64,000 bases of DNA from Pseudomonadota bacterium (GCA_918234285.1 CAKJXZ020000017.1:1-64000), one strand, 5' to 3'; shown: positions 47,901-58,104, counted from the stretch's first letter. A program made the numbers and translations. Notes: generated by a model from the letters alone, not told the origin.

Positions 47901-49025
47901 ATGAAATCGGTTGATTTGCCGCTGGCCGAAGCTCAACAAAAATTCATGGAATTCTATCAGAAGAATTTGCAGAGTATTTATGCAAGTTTGGAAAAAGATC
48001 GCCGCAAAAATTTACACGATTTAATGCGCAATACAGCGATTATCGGCAGCATTATCGTAATCACGGCGGCTTTGTTTTATTATGACATACTCCCGATAAG
48101 CGTTATGGACCAACAATGGTTCGCTATTGTCAGTTCCTTGTTTATTTTGGTGGCGGCGTGGCTGATTTATAAGCCGTTTATGGTTTATAACGGTCAAACC
48201 AAATCGCGTACCATGAATAAAGTTTTATCGTTTTGGGGTAAGTTCAAATATTATAACGGCAAAGACATTATCGGCGAAGATGTTATTAAAAGAGCCGAAC
48301 TTTTCAGTTATTTCAACAAATCGGAATCGGACGATGCTTTTTGGGGCAATCATAAAGATACCGATATAAACGTATCAGAACACGATTTGCGTATTAAGGG
48401 CAACCGAGGCGATACGGTGATTTTTAAGGGCGTGATGCTGATGTTTGAATTTCCTAAAAAGTTCAAAGGCAAAACCGTGGTGTTAAACAAAGGCAGAAAT
48501 ATCAATTTTATATGGAATAATCCGCTGCTTTTACTGGTGTTCGGAATATTTATGATTGCACCGCTGATGACCATATATTATTATTTTACCGAACCCGATG
48601 TGCCTATGCATTTATTATTTACGCCGTTGCCGTTGTTATTGCCGCTAATAATCATTTGGGTGGTTTATAAAATTTATCGCCATTATCATCCCAAAAAGGC
48701 AACGCAAAAAGTTGCGCTTGAGGGAATACCGTTTTTGCGGCGTTGGCAAGTACTGACCGATAATCAGGTTGAAGCCCGCTACATTTTAACGCCGCCGTTT
48801 ATGGAAAAAATGTTGGAAATAAAGCGATTGTTTCACGGCAGACATATTGACTTCAGCTTTTTCGGTAATAAGCTTTTGATAGCGGTACACACCCAAAAAA
48901 ATATGTTTGAAACAACCTCTTTATTTGTTTCGGCGCTCAGTTATCATAAGGTACGAGAAGTGGTAAGTCAGCTTCACGGGATTTTTTCGGTCATTGATAT
49001 TGTTTCCGACAGCCTGAAAAAGTAG
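47901..49025 (+). CDS. DUF3137-like membrane protein
   Basis: Two N-terminal TM, DDAFWG, IFKG......F.KKFKGKTVV, V.LE...F....V.TDNQVEARYILTP.FMEK. Confidence 0.75.
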   Translation: MKSVDLPLAEAQQKFMEFYQKNLQSIYASLEKDRRKNLHDLMRNTAIIGSIIVITAALFYYDILPISVMDQQWFAIVSSLFILVAAWLIYKPFMVYNGQTKSRTMNKVLSFWGKFKYYNGKDIIGEDVIKRAELFSYFNKSESDDAFWGNHKDTDINVSEHDLRIKGNRGDTVIFKGVMLMFEFPKKFKGKTVVLNKGRNINFIWNNPLLLLVFGIFMIAPLMTIYYYFTEPDVPMHLLFTPLPLLLPLIIIWVVYKIYRHYHPKKATQKVALEGIPFLRRWQVLTDNQVEARYILTPPFMEKMLEIKRLFHGRHIDFSFFGNKLLIAVHTQKNMFETTSLFVSALSYHKVREVVSQLHGIFSVIDIVSDSLKK

Positions 49026-49099
49026 CAAGCAATAAAAAACATTCCCATTCTGATTTTTTCGAAAAACATTTTTGGAGCGTATAGTTGTTTGTAAAAGAA

Positions 49100-49672
49100 T
49101 TATTCTTGGCGATAAACATAATACGTTTCGTACGGTGTACCGAGCGAAACCGTGTGTGCCGGCGGCCAATTCGGACAGGTAAAGCGACAAGAATACACAT
49201 AAGCGCCTGACTTCAAATTCTCTTTTAAGTGCGGGGTTAAATCATCCATAAGTTTTTGCATTAAAAAACAAAAAATCACATCGCAACGCTTTATATCGGT
49301 TTTGAAAATATCGCCGTGTTCAAAGTGCAGATTCGGTAGATTATGTGCGCGCAGAACGCTGACAATATAAGGCGTGAAAGCACGCTCCACCCCGATAAAA
49401 CGATGTTGCGGAAAACGCTTGGCCAGCGGTAACAGCATGGTGCCCCAGCCGCTGCCTAAGTCCATAAACGTCAGCCCCTCTTTATCTTGCAAATAGGTAC
49501 AGATATCTTCCAAAACCTTTTCTTTCAGGCGGCCTGAAGACGGTACCGGCGGCGGATAATGCATAAAACACGATGAAATAAAGAAATAAATCGCCACAAT
49601 ACTTACGGCAAATATTATAAATGCGATGATAAATATGAGTAATAACAATACATAAAACCAAATATCAGACAT
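49100..49672 (-). CDS. Membrane-anchored class I SAM-dependent methyltransferase
   Basis: N-terminal TM, PPVPS, DLGSGWG motif I, GVE, GDIF, DVIFCFL. Confidence 0.85.
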   Translation of the reverse strand: MSDIWFYVLLLLIFIIAFIIFAVSIVAIYFFISSCFMHYPPPVPSSGRLKEKVLEDICTYLQDKEGLTFMDLGSGWGTMLLPLAKRFPQHRFIGVERAFTPYIVSVLRAHNLPNLHFEHGDIFKTDIKRCDVIFCFLMQKLMDDLTPHLKENLKSGAYVYSCRFTCPNWPPAHTVSLGTPYETYYVYRQE

Positions 49673-49688
49673 AAACTATCTCCGCCGA

Positions 49689-50330
49689 CTACGATTGTGT
49701 CATAAACGAATAAATTTCAGCCTTGCATAAATCCAGACCGATTTTCTTTTCGGAACTGGTGACGACGATATCCGGCAGTGCGGCTGCATGTTTGGCGATT
49801 TCGGTGCTCGTTTGCGTAATGGTTTTAGCCAATTCGGTAGCAGATATTTTATCGATTTTGGTTAAAATAATTTGATAAGAAACCGCCGCTTCGTCGAGCA
49901 TTTTCATAATATCGAGGTCTTCCTTTTTGATACCGCGCCGCGAATCAATCAGCAGAAAAACCCGGCGCAAATTAGGCCGTCCGCGCAGATATGTTTTGAG
50001 AATATTCTGCCATTGTTTAACCAGTTTTTCCGGTGCTTCGGCATAACCGTAACCGGGCAGGTCCACCAAATACAGCTTATTATCAAAATTGAAAAAATTG
50101 AGTTGCTGAGTGCGCCCCGGTGTTGAAGAAGTTTTTGCCAGTTTCTTTTGATTAAACAGCGCATTGATGAGACTTGATTTACCGACATTCGAACGTCCGG
50201 CAAAGGCTATCTCGGCATAATCATCATCCGGCAGTTGCTCCAGCCGCGCCACGCTGAGCATAAACGTAATCGGGCGTGCAAACTGTGCTTCGGCTGATTT
50301 TAACTGTTCTGCGCTGAATTTTTCGGCCAT
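49689..50330 (-). CDS. engB: GTP-binding protein EngB/YihA
   Basis: EIAFAGRSNVGKSSLINAL, SSTPGRTQ, VDLPGYGYA, TKIDK. Confidence 0.97.
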   Translation of the reverse strand: MAEKFSAEQLKSAEAQFARPITFMLSVARLEQLPDDDYAEIAFAGRSNVGKSSLINALFNQKKLAKTSSTPGRTQQLNFFNFDNKLYLVDLPGYGYAEAPEKLVKQWQNILKTYLRGRPNLRRVFLLIDSRRGIKKEDLDIMKMLDEAAVSYQIILTKIDKISATELAKTITQTSTEIAKHAAALPDIVVTSSEKKIGLDLCKAEIYSFMTQS

Positions 50331-51997
50331 TACTTGACTCCGTTTTTATTCATGATGATTTTTTGCTGAATGATGGAGAGAATATTGTTCAAAGTCCAAT
50401 AAATCACTAAACCGACGGCAAAATGCGCAAACATAATCGTGAACAAAACCGGCATCAAGGCGAACATCCTCGCCTGATCTTTATTGGCCGGTTTCGGGTT
50501 CAGTTTATTTTGAATAAACATGGTCAAGCCGTAAATCAGCGGCCATACACCGATATCGATTGCCGACGGAATATAAATATGAGACCATACGGAAATCGTC
50601 AGCGGATCCGGCGCCGACAGGTCCTTAACCCAGCCGATAAACGGCGCATGACGAATTTCGATAGCGATGTTCAAAACCTTAAACAGCGAGAAGAAAATCG
50701 GAATTTGAATAAACATAGGTAAACATCCCGCTGCCGGATTGACTTTTTCTTTTTTATAAAGTTCCATGGTGGCGCGTTGCAAAGCCATTTTATCATCTTT
50801 ATACATCGCCTGCAAAGCCATCAGTTTCGGCTGAATTTTTTTCATTTTCGACATATTATCATATGATTTGTTGGCAAGCGGGAACATCGACAGGCGCAAA
50901 ATCGCCGCAAACAGCAGAATTGCCCAGCCCATATTGCCGATAAGGCCGTAAAGAAAATCCAAAACATAGAAAAACGGTTTGGTCAGAAAATAATACCAAC
51001 CGAAATCAATGTTCAAATCAAATTTTTTGATATCGTCGGCATATTTATCCAATAATTTAATCTCTTTGGCACCGGCATATAATTGTGTGGAAACTTCGGC
51101 AGAAGCACCGGAAGCAATTTGCAACGGCTCGCCCTTATAATCTAACTGATATTGTCCGTCTTTGACCTTACGCAGATTGATTTTATTAGTGGCACTGTCA
51201 TTAAAAATAAACGAACTGAACCAGTATTTATCGGAAAAAGACACCCAACCGCCGGTTGTTTCGAATTCTTGCGGCTGTTCTTTGATATTACCGTAACGAA
51301 TTTCTTTGAGTTTGTCATTCATCACACCGACAAAACCTTCGTGTACCACGCCGCGGGTTTGGCTGTTTTCATCAATACGTTTGCTGAACAGGCCGTATGG
51401 CAACAAAGTTACGGTTTTGCCCGAATGATTTTCTATTTTTTGCGTAAGCGAAAACAAATAGTGCTCGTCGAGCGAAATCTGATTAATGAATTTAAGTCCC
51501 TGTCCGTTATCCCATTCCAGTATTATCGGTGTTTCCGGCGTCAGTTCGGTATTACCGACAACCCGCCATACGGATTCGGCATTAGGTACCTTAACTCCGG
51601 CATCGGTGGTGAGCCAACCGTAATCGGCAAAATAAGATTCGGCAGTTTTGGCCGGCATCAATAAAGATACATTCGGGCTGTTATCTTCGATGGTTTCTTT
51701 ATACTTCAGCAATTTCAGGTTATCAAAACGTGCGCCTTTTAAGCGAATGGAACCTTCCAATACTTCATTTTTAAGGTTTAAACGTGCATCTTGTGCAACT
51801 GCCTCTTCCGTCGAAAGCAGTTGAGTTTCCGCCACTTCCTCCGTTGCGGCTTCTTCTGTGGTTTCAGGGGTTATGACAACCGCTTCTTCCGCAGCCGGTT
51901 GCGGCACAACCTGTTTCGGCATAAAATAATTTACGCCCAAAACAACAACAGCCGACAGAATAATGGCAATGTATAAACCTTTCAAATCTTCGTTCAT
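50330..51997 (-). CDS. yidC: Membrane protein insertase YidC
   Basis: IDFGWYYFLTKP, GNMGWAI, NPAAGCLP..IQIPIF, W.KDLSAPDP, GLVIYW..NN. Confidence 0.97.
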   Translation of the reverse strand: MNEDLKGLYIAIILSAVVVLGVNYFMPKQVVPQPAAEEAVVITPETTEEAATEEVAETQLLSTEEAVAQDARLNLKNEVLEGSIRLKGARFDNLKLLKYKETIEDNSPNVSLLMPAKTAESYFADYGWLTTDAGVKVPNAESVWRVVGNTELTPETPIILEWDNGQGLKFINQISLDEHYLFSLTQKIENHSGKTVTLLPYGLFSKRIDENSQTRGVVHEGFVGVMNDKLKEIRYGNIKEQPQEFETTGGWVSFSDKYWFSSFIFNDSATNKINLRKVKDGQYQLDYKGEPLQIASGASAEVSTQLYAGAKEIKLLDKYADDIKKFDLNIDFGWYYFLTKPFFYVLDFLYGLIGNMGWAILLFAAILRLSMFPLANKSYDNMSKMKKIQPKLMALQAMYKDDKMALQRATMELYKKEKVNPAAGCLPMFIQIPIFFSLFKVLNIAIEIRHAPFIGWVKDLSAPDPLTISVWSHIYIPSAIDIGVWPLIYGLTMFIQNKLNPKPANKDQARMFALMPVLFTIMFAHFAVGLVIYWTLNNILSIIQQKIIMNKNGVK

Positions 51998-52066
51998 CAA
52001 ACCAGACTCCTTATGTTAAACACTATACTTCTAAAAGATATTGCGCCGAAAATCAAGCAATTATCC

Positions 52067-52300
52067 TTACTTATGCTTTGTTTCTTGCGGCGGCACCGGA
52101 TCATACCCCGAACCGCCCCACGGATGGCAACGGCAAAGGCGTTTGGTTCCGAGCCAGATTCCTTTGACAATACCGTGCGTTTTTATCGCCTCAATCATAT
52201 ATTGCGAGCAAGTCGGCTGATAGCGGCATACTCCCGGACACAGCGGCGAAATAAATATCTGATAAAACTTAATCAGCGCAATCGGCAGTTTTTTCATCAT
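52067..52300 (-). CDS. yidD: Membrane protein insertion efficiency factor YidD
   Basis: [34 protein letters not shown]. Confidence 0.96.
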   Translation of the reverse strand: MMKKLPIALIKFYQIFISPLCPGVCRYQPTCSQYMIEAIKTHGIVKGIWLGTKRLCRCHPWGGSGYDPVPPQETKHK

Positions 52301-52664
52301 TTACCTCCGGCGCTTCGGTAAACGCTCTGTTGATTTTTTTGAAGGCACGGATAACATCGCCGCGCAGATTTTCAAACGGGCAGCAATAGGTGTCGTAACG
52401 TCCGACCAAAACGTAATCGGTTGCGGGCAGGGCATATTTATCGTAAATTTCCCGCATAACCGCGCGCAGCCGACGTTTAGTCCGATTGCGAATATGTGCT
52501 TTGCCGAGTCTTTTGGTAGCGGTAAAGCCGATTCGCGCCGGTTCTTCGGCAGACACGGATAAAGCACGAGCCGCTTGCAACAAGACGTTATGAAAAATAA
52601 CGGTTTCGGCTTTAGCGGCTCTTAAAAAATCTTTTCGTTTTTTGATTATCGGAAAGTTGCTCAT
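52269..52664 (-). CDS. rnpA: Ribonuclease P protein component
   Basis: [31 protein letters not shown] (RNR motif), DYVLVGR. Confidence 0.96.
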   Translation of the reverse strand: MSNFPIIKKRKDFLRAAKAETVIFHNVLLQAARALSVSAEEPARIGFTATKRLGKAHIRNRTKRRLRAVMREIYDKYALPATDYVLVGRYDTYCCPFENLRGDVIRAFKKINRAFTEAPEVNDEKTADCAD

Positions 52665-52673
52665 GGCAAACCA

Positions 52674-52808
52674 TTAAGCAGAAATTCTTTTACGACCTCT
52701 CGCTCTGCGGGCGGATAAAACTTTGCGACCGTTGGCGGTAGCCATGCGTGCTCTGAAGCCGTGACGGCGTGCGCGCACTAATTTACTTGGTTGATATGTT
52801 CTTTTCAT
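52674..52808 (-). CDS. rpmH: 50S ribosomal protein L34 (not in ORF track, 44 aa)
   Basis: Manual translation [44 protein letters not shown]. Confidence 0.98.
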   Translation of the reverse strand: MKRTYQPSKLVRARRHGFRARMATANGRKVLSARRARGRKRISA

Positions 52809-52883
52809 TTTAATTCTCCGGTTAGTTATTAGTTATTTAAAATCTGCGACTTACGGCAGATTCTCGGTTAATTTTTCGTTACC

Positions 52884-52912
52884 CTTATAACGGCATAAAT
52901 TTGATAAGTCAA
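52884..52912 (-). promoter_or_regulatory. Sigma70-type promoter of rpmH operon
   Basis: Minus strand TTGACT-17 bp-TATAAG. Confidence 0.65.
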
Positions 52913-52982
52913 CAAAAAAAATATTGAACGAGAGGAAATCTCAGCACAATTTCCTGTCGCGTATTTTGCGGAGTATTGATTA

Positions 52983-53011
52983 TTGACAAATTTTATCGCA
53001 TATTGTACAAT
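52983..53011 (+). promoter_or_regulatory. Sigma70-type promoter for 53045 operon
   Basis: TTGACA-17 bp-TACAAT. Confidence 0.75.
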
Positions 53012-53044
53012 AAACGCATATAAAATGCCGATACGGAGCACTTA

Positions 53045-55810
53045 ATGGTCGATATAACAAAAATTTTGCATAATGACGAGCGCAAAGAAGAACTTAAAGC
53101 CGTTCTTTCCGACCATTTCGACGCGATTAAACAACCGGTTGCGGTATCGTTGGGATTGCATTTGCGAGGGCAGACCGTTGAAGAAATCGTCGATTTGTTG
53201 CGCCAAAACGGTGTCGACGCCGTTCCGTATTACGATGAAAAAGTTAAAGATGATTTGAGCTGCTATGTGGTGGACGGTACCGGTATCCGTTCGCCGTTTA
53301 TGTTGCCGGAAGACGCGGTTAAGGCGGCTTCCGATATGGCACGGATTATGTTGCAAAACAACATTGAAACGAGTCGCGCCATGCCGATAACCAAGGCAAG
53401 TTTGGTTCCGGCGGTGGCGGAGAGATATACGGGCAATGTTATAGATATTGCGAAAAATAATCCGACAGTTGCGAAAGTCAAAGAAACATTGTCGCAATAC
53501 CTGCGATATGCCTCCGAACAAATGCCGGCAGTTGCGATACCCGACGCAAAGAGCAACACCCGTGTTTACAGCGGTAGACTGTTTGCCGAGCCTTATGCCT
53601 TAACACCGCACCGCCGCTATCGTGACTGTGTTTACGCGACAAATATGTTTTCCGAAGCGCTTACTTATTCGCAAGCCGCCAATAAAGGCGGATTACATCT
53701 TGAGGAAATCGACGGACAATCTTACGGATTTATTATTGCACTAAAACAACATGAGGGGCAAAAATTTTATGATATGGCGGGCGCCGAAAGGCCTTTTGCC
53801 AGCCGCGAACAAAGGCAAACGGCCAAAAGAAAAGAAAATCGAGATGATTATGAAACATTGGTTTTGGAAGACAGAAATCCGGTTGCGGCAATTTACTTGC
53901 GGATAGACGACAAAGTGGTGCAGATTGCCGATGAAAACGGATTTTTCAATAAAGACGGGATTGATTGGCAAAAATTTGCTTCGTTACACAGCCCGCGCGA
54001 TACCAACGAGCCGAATGATTATATGGTGGCGCGGATAAACAGGCAAATAGAAGAATTTCCGGTATTTGCGTACGAAAAACATAATGATTTGGGTGAGTAT
54101 CAACCTCCGGCGGATATCAGGGGATACGCGTACCGGGATTCGATTAAGGAAAATCCGGAAGGCGTCGAAATTAATAATGCCGCGTTTCATTCATTATGCC
54201 TTGCCGAGAATATATGCCAAACGCGTTTAACCGGTAATATGTCGTTGGTAAATTGTACGGTGGCAGATAAACAACATCTTGATTTGGCACATTGTAACGG
54301 GAATATCAGTATTGCTCACATGCAATATGACGAAAAGATTCATTTACCCGAACGGTGTGAGGCTTTGACTTTATCGTGTGCTACGTTGCAAAAGGACAAT
54401 GAACTGGATTTAAGCCGCACAAAGTGCCGAAACTTAACATTAGAAGATACGGATTTGACGGCGGTAAAAAGTCTGAAATTGCCGCAAAGCGATGAACTTA
54501 AATTGCGCTACAACGTTAAAATGCCGGAAAAACTCGATTTGAGCGGCGTACAAACGGTTGTCTTTGACCAAACGGCCAAATTGGATTTATCGCCAACCAA
54601 GGAGTTAAAAACCACAGGTTTTGCGATTGTTATGCAGAGCCGCGATGCAGCAGATCCGGTCAATCGTTTGGTAGATGGTTATACTATGGAAATTTGTTCT
54701 CGTTTGCCGGAATGGAATCATACTGAGGCCGGAAAAGATGCCGAGGTAGCAAGGAAAAAACTCGATTTTGCCGCCAAAATGACACATTTAAAAGCATTTT
54801 TACACGAAAAAAATATCACTGATGAAAAGCAGATTTTGCGGGCGATGGATTTGGTAATCGCCAAAAATGTGCCGGATGAACACGTTAAAATTGTCATAAA
54901 CGGCGAAGAGAAACGTGCGGCTTATCAGGTAATAGCGCAAGACGATAAGCTGAAATATAAAATTCCGCTGGAAGATAATCATAATTTGATTAATTCCGGT
55001 AAAACATTCCACAAACAGCAATTATTTACGCTTATTGCTCCTTCCAAACCCGATGAAACGGCAAATATTTTGGTGGCGGAAAAACAAATAGGCAAGCGCA
55101 CGGTCGGGGTTGTCGCCATTGACAGTTTTGTAATAGAATACAGCAACGCCGATGAACTCAAAAAAGTTGATAAAATTGCCGATTATGTGTTGGAGCAATC
55201 AAAGCATTGGGACGACGTTGTGTTTGACATTCGCGGCAACGGCGGCGGAGATGCCTCGATTATTAAGCAAATCGGTGAGAGAATGGCCGCTAAAAAACTC
55301 GAGTATGCCGATAAAATGGAAATTATCGATAAAGCATTGGTCGAACGCGGCGGACCGCCGGAACAATATATGCAAAAATTCGGAGATAAAACTTTTACCG
55401 GCAACGTTTATGTTTTGCAAGACGGTGGCAATTCGTCTGCCGCCGACGGGGCTATTTGGATGTTGCGACAAATGGATAATTGTAAAACCATCGGCGAAAA
55501 CACCTTTGGTGCGTTTGCCGGCGGAGATGTTAAACAGCATAAAATGGAAGGCGGTACACTTTTTATCGGCAATACCTATCGCGAACGCTCGATAAACGGC
55601 CGAAAAATAGAAGAAGGCAAAGGCATTCCGCCTGATGTGAAATGCGCCTCCGCCAATGCTTTTGATATGGCAATAACTCTCGTTAAAAAAACAAATATGG
55701 AAATGCACCTGCTCAAAGTCGGAAGAGCAAATTCGCCCGTTAATCACGGCAGTAACCGGCAAATCAGAACATTTGCGGATTTGAAGAAAAGTCACGAATA
55801 TGACGGATAA
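53045..55810 (+). CDS. Multidomain protein: ART-like domain, LRR-like repeats, C-terminal S41 peptidase
   Basis: S41 motifs FDIRGNGGG, VYVL....SSAAD, IGENTFG, EGKGIPPDV are clear; LDLS repeats mid-protein; VYAT.....A..Y and YETLV suggest an ART fold (less certain). Confidence 0.75.
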   Translation: MVDITKILHNDERKEELKAVLSDHFDAIKQPVAVSLGLHLRGQTVEEIVDLLRQNGVDAVPYYDEKVKDDLSCYVVDGTGIRSPFMLPEDAVKAASDMARIMLQNNIETSRAMPITKASLVPAVAERYTGNVIDIAKNNPTVAKVKETLSQYLRYASEQMPAVAIPDAKSNTRVYSGRLFAEPYALTPHRRYRDCVYATNMFSEALTYSQAANKGGLHLEEIDGQSYGFIIALKQHEGQKFYDMAGAERPFASREQRQTAKRKENRDDYETLVLEDRNPVAAIYLRIDDKVVQIADENGFFNKDGIDWQKFASLHSPRDTNEPNDYMVARINRQIEEFPVFAYEKHNDLGEYQPPADIRGYAYRDSIKENPEGVEINNAAFHSLCLAENICQTRLTGNMSLVNCTVADKQHLDLAHCNGNISIAHMQYDEKIHLPERCEALTLSCATLQKDNELDLSRTKCRNLTLEDTDLTAVKSLKLPQSDELKLRYNVKMPEKLDLSGVQTVVFDQTAKLDLSPTKELKTTGFAIVMQSRDAADPVNRLVDGYTMEICSRLPEWNHTEAGKDAEVARKKLDFAAKMTHLKAFLHEKNITDEKQILRAMDLVIAKNVPDEHVKIVINGEEKRAAYQVIAQDDKLKYKIPLEDNHNLINSGKTFHKQQLFTLIAPSKPDETANILVAEKQIGKRTVGVVAIDSFVIEYSNADELKKVDKIADYVLEQSKHWDDVVFDIRGNGGGDASIIKQIGERMAAKKLEYADKMEIIDKALVERGGPPEQYMQKFGDKTFTGNVYVLQDGGNSSAADGAIWMLRQMDNCKTIGENTFGAFAGGDVKQHKMEGGTLFIGNTYRERSINGRKIEEGKGIPPDVKCASANAFDMAITLVKKTNMEMHLLKVGRANSPVNHGSNRQIRTFADLKKSHEYDG

Positions 55811-55822
55811 GAGGCTTGATTT

Positions 55823-56326
55823 ATGAAACTGTATCATTACGCACCAAAAGAAAATACCGTAAAAGAACAAGGCCTGCTTTCAATATCCCAAGGTCCGCGG
55901 AATCTGTGTGCTTATGCTCACCGAACCGGTTCGGAAAATCGTGACGAGATAATGGCGTGGCTCGATAAAACTTTTGCCGGTCGCTCTCGGGCAATTTCGT
56001 GCTTAACCGAGCCGATAAAATGGCAAGGCAACGATGCGGTATTAAAAGCAATTGTTGAGCGCTCGGTGTTATTTTCGTTTGAACTTGATGATTTAATCAA
56101 AGCCGGATTGGTTGAGTCAATTTGGTGCAAAAACGGCTCGGATGCCGGCGGATATAATGAAAAATTTTTTGAAGTTAAACCCCAAGATATCGATTTATCT
56201 CCTTTAACTTGGGAAAAAGTTGATGCCGCTAAGGATTTATTATATGCGGTGGTGCGGCATTATCTGATTGTACTTAAGGACGGTTACATTCCGCCGCAAT
56301 ATTTGCAAGAGGAGCAAAATGGCTGA
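55823..56326 (+). CDS. Hypothetical protein, possible ADP-ribosyltransferase-superfamily fold
   Basis: N-terminal LYH.......GL and C-terminal IPP.YL, as in Tpt1/KptA-like NAD-binding domains. Confidence 0.6.
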   Translation: MKLYHYAPKENTVKEQGLLSISQGPRNLCAYAHRTGSENRDEIMAWLDKTFAGRSRAISCLTEPIKWQGNDAVLKAIVERSVLFSFELDDLIKAGLVESIWCKNGSDAGGYNEKFFEVKPQDIDLSPLTWEKVDAAKDLLYAVVRHYLIVLKDGYIPPQYLQEEQNG

Positions 56327-56894
56327 AGATGAGAGTAAAAATTGCCCGGAAACTTGTCCATACCTGCAAGGTTGGCATAATTTTTGCGCCTTATTTATGC
56401 GAAAATTGGAAGCATCGCAAGATGTGACGTGGCGGTGCGACGAATGTCTTAATCCGGAGCAACGCAAAAATGCGGTTAAAATTGCCGAATTACGAGGTGA
56501 TGTACGAACTTCCGTTTTGCGCGAAAATATCGGTTTTGACGGCAATACTCTAAAAGTTAATCATAAACGCGAAGAAGAAGGCTTGCGCCAAAAATTTATT
56601 GAATTTTTAGAAGATAAATTCGGCTCCCGTCCGCCGTTAGAGGGTAATACGGCGTTGAAAAATTTGCTTGTTAACTTATTTATGGCTTTGGATGCAACCG
56701 AGCGTAATATGATGAATGCGGTGCTGAACGGCAAACGCGGTATGTCGTTGATTAAGGCTATTGATAAGACTCCGAAAGATGAATCGCTATTGCGGAACGT
56801 TCGCCGCGAATTGGAAGACCATTTTGAGCAACATAAGCGCGATATAAAGATTGCCAGATATAATTACGAAAACGGCCAACGAGTAAATAGCTAG
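56319..56894 (+). CDS. Hypothetical protein with N-terminal Cys cluster
   Basis: Start moved to ATG 56319 (GAGGAG SD, overlaps upstream stop); CPETC...C...CDEC. Confidence 0.7.
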   Translation: MAEDESKNCPETCPYLQGWHNFCALFMRKLEASQDVTWRCDECLNPEQRKNAVKIAELRGDVRTSVLRENIGFDGNTLKVNHKREEEGLRQKFIEFLEDKFGSRPPLEGNTALKNLLVNLFMALDATERNMMNAVLNGKRGMSLIKAIDKTPKDESLLRNVRRELEDHFEQHKRDIKIARYNYENGQRVNS

Positions 56895-56968
56895 GTGTAA
56901 TTTTTATTGATTTTTGACAAAAAATAGGGTAAAAAGGAAATATAGAGGAATTTAAAAGGAGAACAACA

Positions 56969-57706
56969 ATGGCCGATAATAGTGATAAGTTAAAGCAATT
57001 GCGCGAAAAAACTATGCCTGAATTTAAGTCACGCGATGAGTTTTATGCTTACGCGGCAAAAAATATGATTACACTTAATGTGGATGAAGCATATAAAGAC
57101 TGTTCCGACAGTTTATTACCGATTTTCAAAGCGGCTAAAGAAATGTGCGAATATATGCATGATAATAAAGATCATTTCAAAAGGGGGAGACCGCTTAAAG
57201 AACTATATCATATGGCGATTGTTTCTAAAGTTATACAAGAAATAAATGAAAACTGCATTACTGAAGATGATAAAAAGCATAGTATTAAGCGTGCAAGATT
57301 TGATGATGATCGCAATTATTTTTTCAGAAACGGTGAACGTATTGAAGCCGGTTGGTTATTAGATCGCGAAAAGATTGAAAATTTTATGGAAGTTATGGAT
57401 AGCCCTGGTATGAGTTATGACGACGAATACACAAAAGCATACATAGCTGCCCTAAAAGATGATGTCAGTCCGGTTTATGGCACTATCAAGAGACCTAAGT
57501 GTTCGGTAACCGGAAATATTTTGAATTGGGAAGATATGAAAGATTCGTCTGTTTTGCGCGTTGTTGCCGCATTCGACCAACGAAGCATTTCTCTTAACGA
57601 AGATACTATTGCCAAAATCAATGCATTTTGCGATAAGAAAAATAAGGAAAATCAGCAACAAGTTCAAAAAGGTATGGAAGCCAATTCCCCTTTGTTGAAT
57701 AGATAA
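56969..57706 (+). CDS. Hypothetical protein
   Basis: 245-aa ORF, AAGGAG SD. Confidence 0.75.
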   Translation: MADNSDKLKQLREKTMPEFKSRDEFYAYAAKNMITLNVDEAYKDCSDSLLPIFKAAKEMCEYMHDNKDHFKRGRPLKELYHMAIVSKVIQEINENCITEDDKKHSIKRARFDDDRNYFFRNGERIEAGWLLDREKIENFMEVMDSPGMSYDDEYTKAYIAALKDDVSPVYGTIKRPKCSVTGNILNWEDMKDSSVLRVVAAFDQRSISLNEDTIAKINAFCDKKNKENQQQVQKGMEANSPLLNR

Positions 57707-57723
57707 AACAAAAGGAGTTAAAG

Positions 57724-58104
57724 ATGGAAAAAGAAGAATGGATAAATAGAAGAACAGCAGATCCGAATAAAATCGGAAAGTTGTGGTGGAATAAAATGTA
57801 TAACCAATGTCATCTTCCTATGGAAAAAAGAACGGAGGTACCACGAGATATTGAAGACAAGATGATGTGTGAATTTTTGGAACGTCAACAACAAACCCCT
57901 GAGGATGTTGCAAAGTGGATGAATGAAGCTGGAACAAGAGGAATAATTCGTGCTATATTCAGTGATGTTGACGGTGAAACAGTCAATATATCTCCAGAAC
58001 AGATAAAAAAAACATTGGATATGTCTTATAGGTTGTACATAATAAAAGGTCAGCAGAAAACTACGGATATTAGTAATATACAATCGAATTTATGTGAAAG
58101 ATAA
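57724..58104 (+). CDS. Hypothetical protein
   Basis: 126-aa ORF, AAGGAG SD, co-oriented with neighbours. Confidence 0.7.
   Translation: MEKEEWINRRTADPNKIGKLWWNKMYNQCHLPMEKRTEVPRDIEDKMMCEFLERQQQTPEDVAKWMNEAGTRGIIRAIFSDVDGETVNISPEQIKKTLDMSYRLYIIKGQQKTTDISNIQSNLCER

Noticed and set aside
52809-53044. oriC upstream of rpmH
   Set aside because: No dnaA gene and no DnaA boxes seen here; rpmH unlinked from dnaA is usual in Alphaproteobacteria
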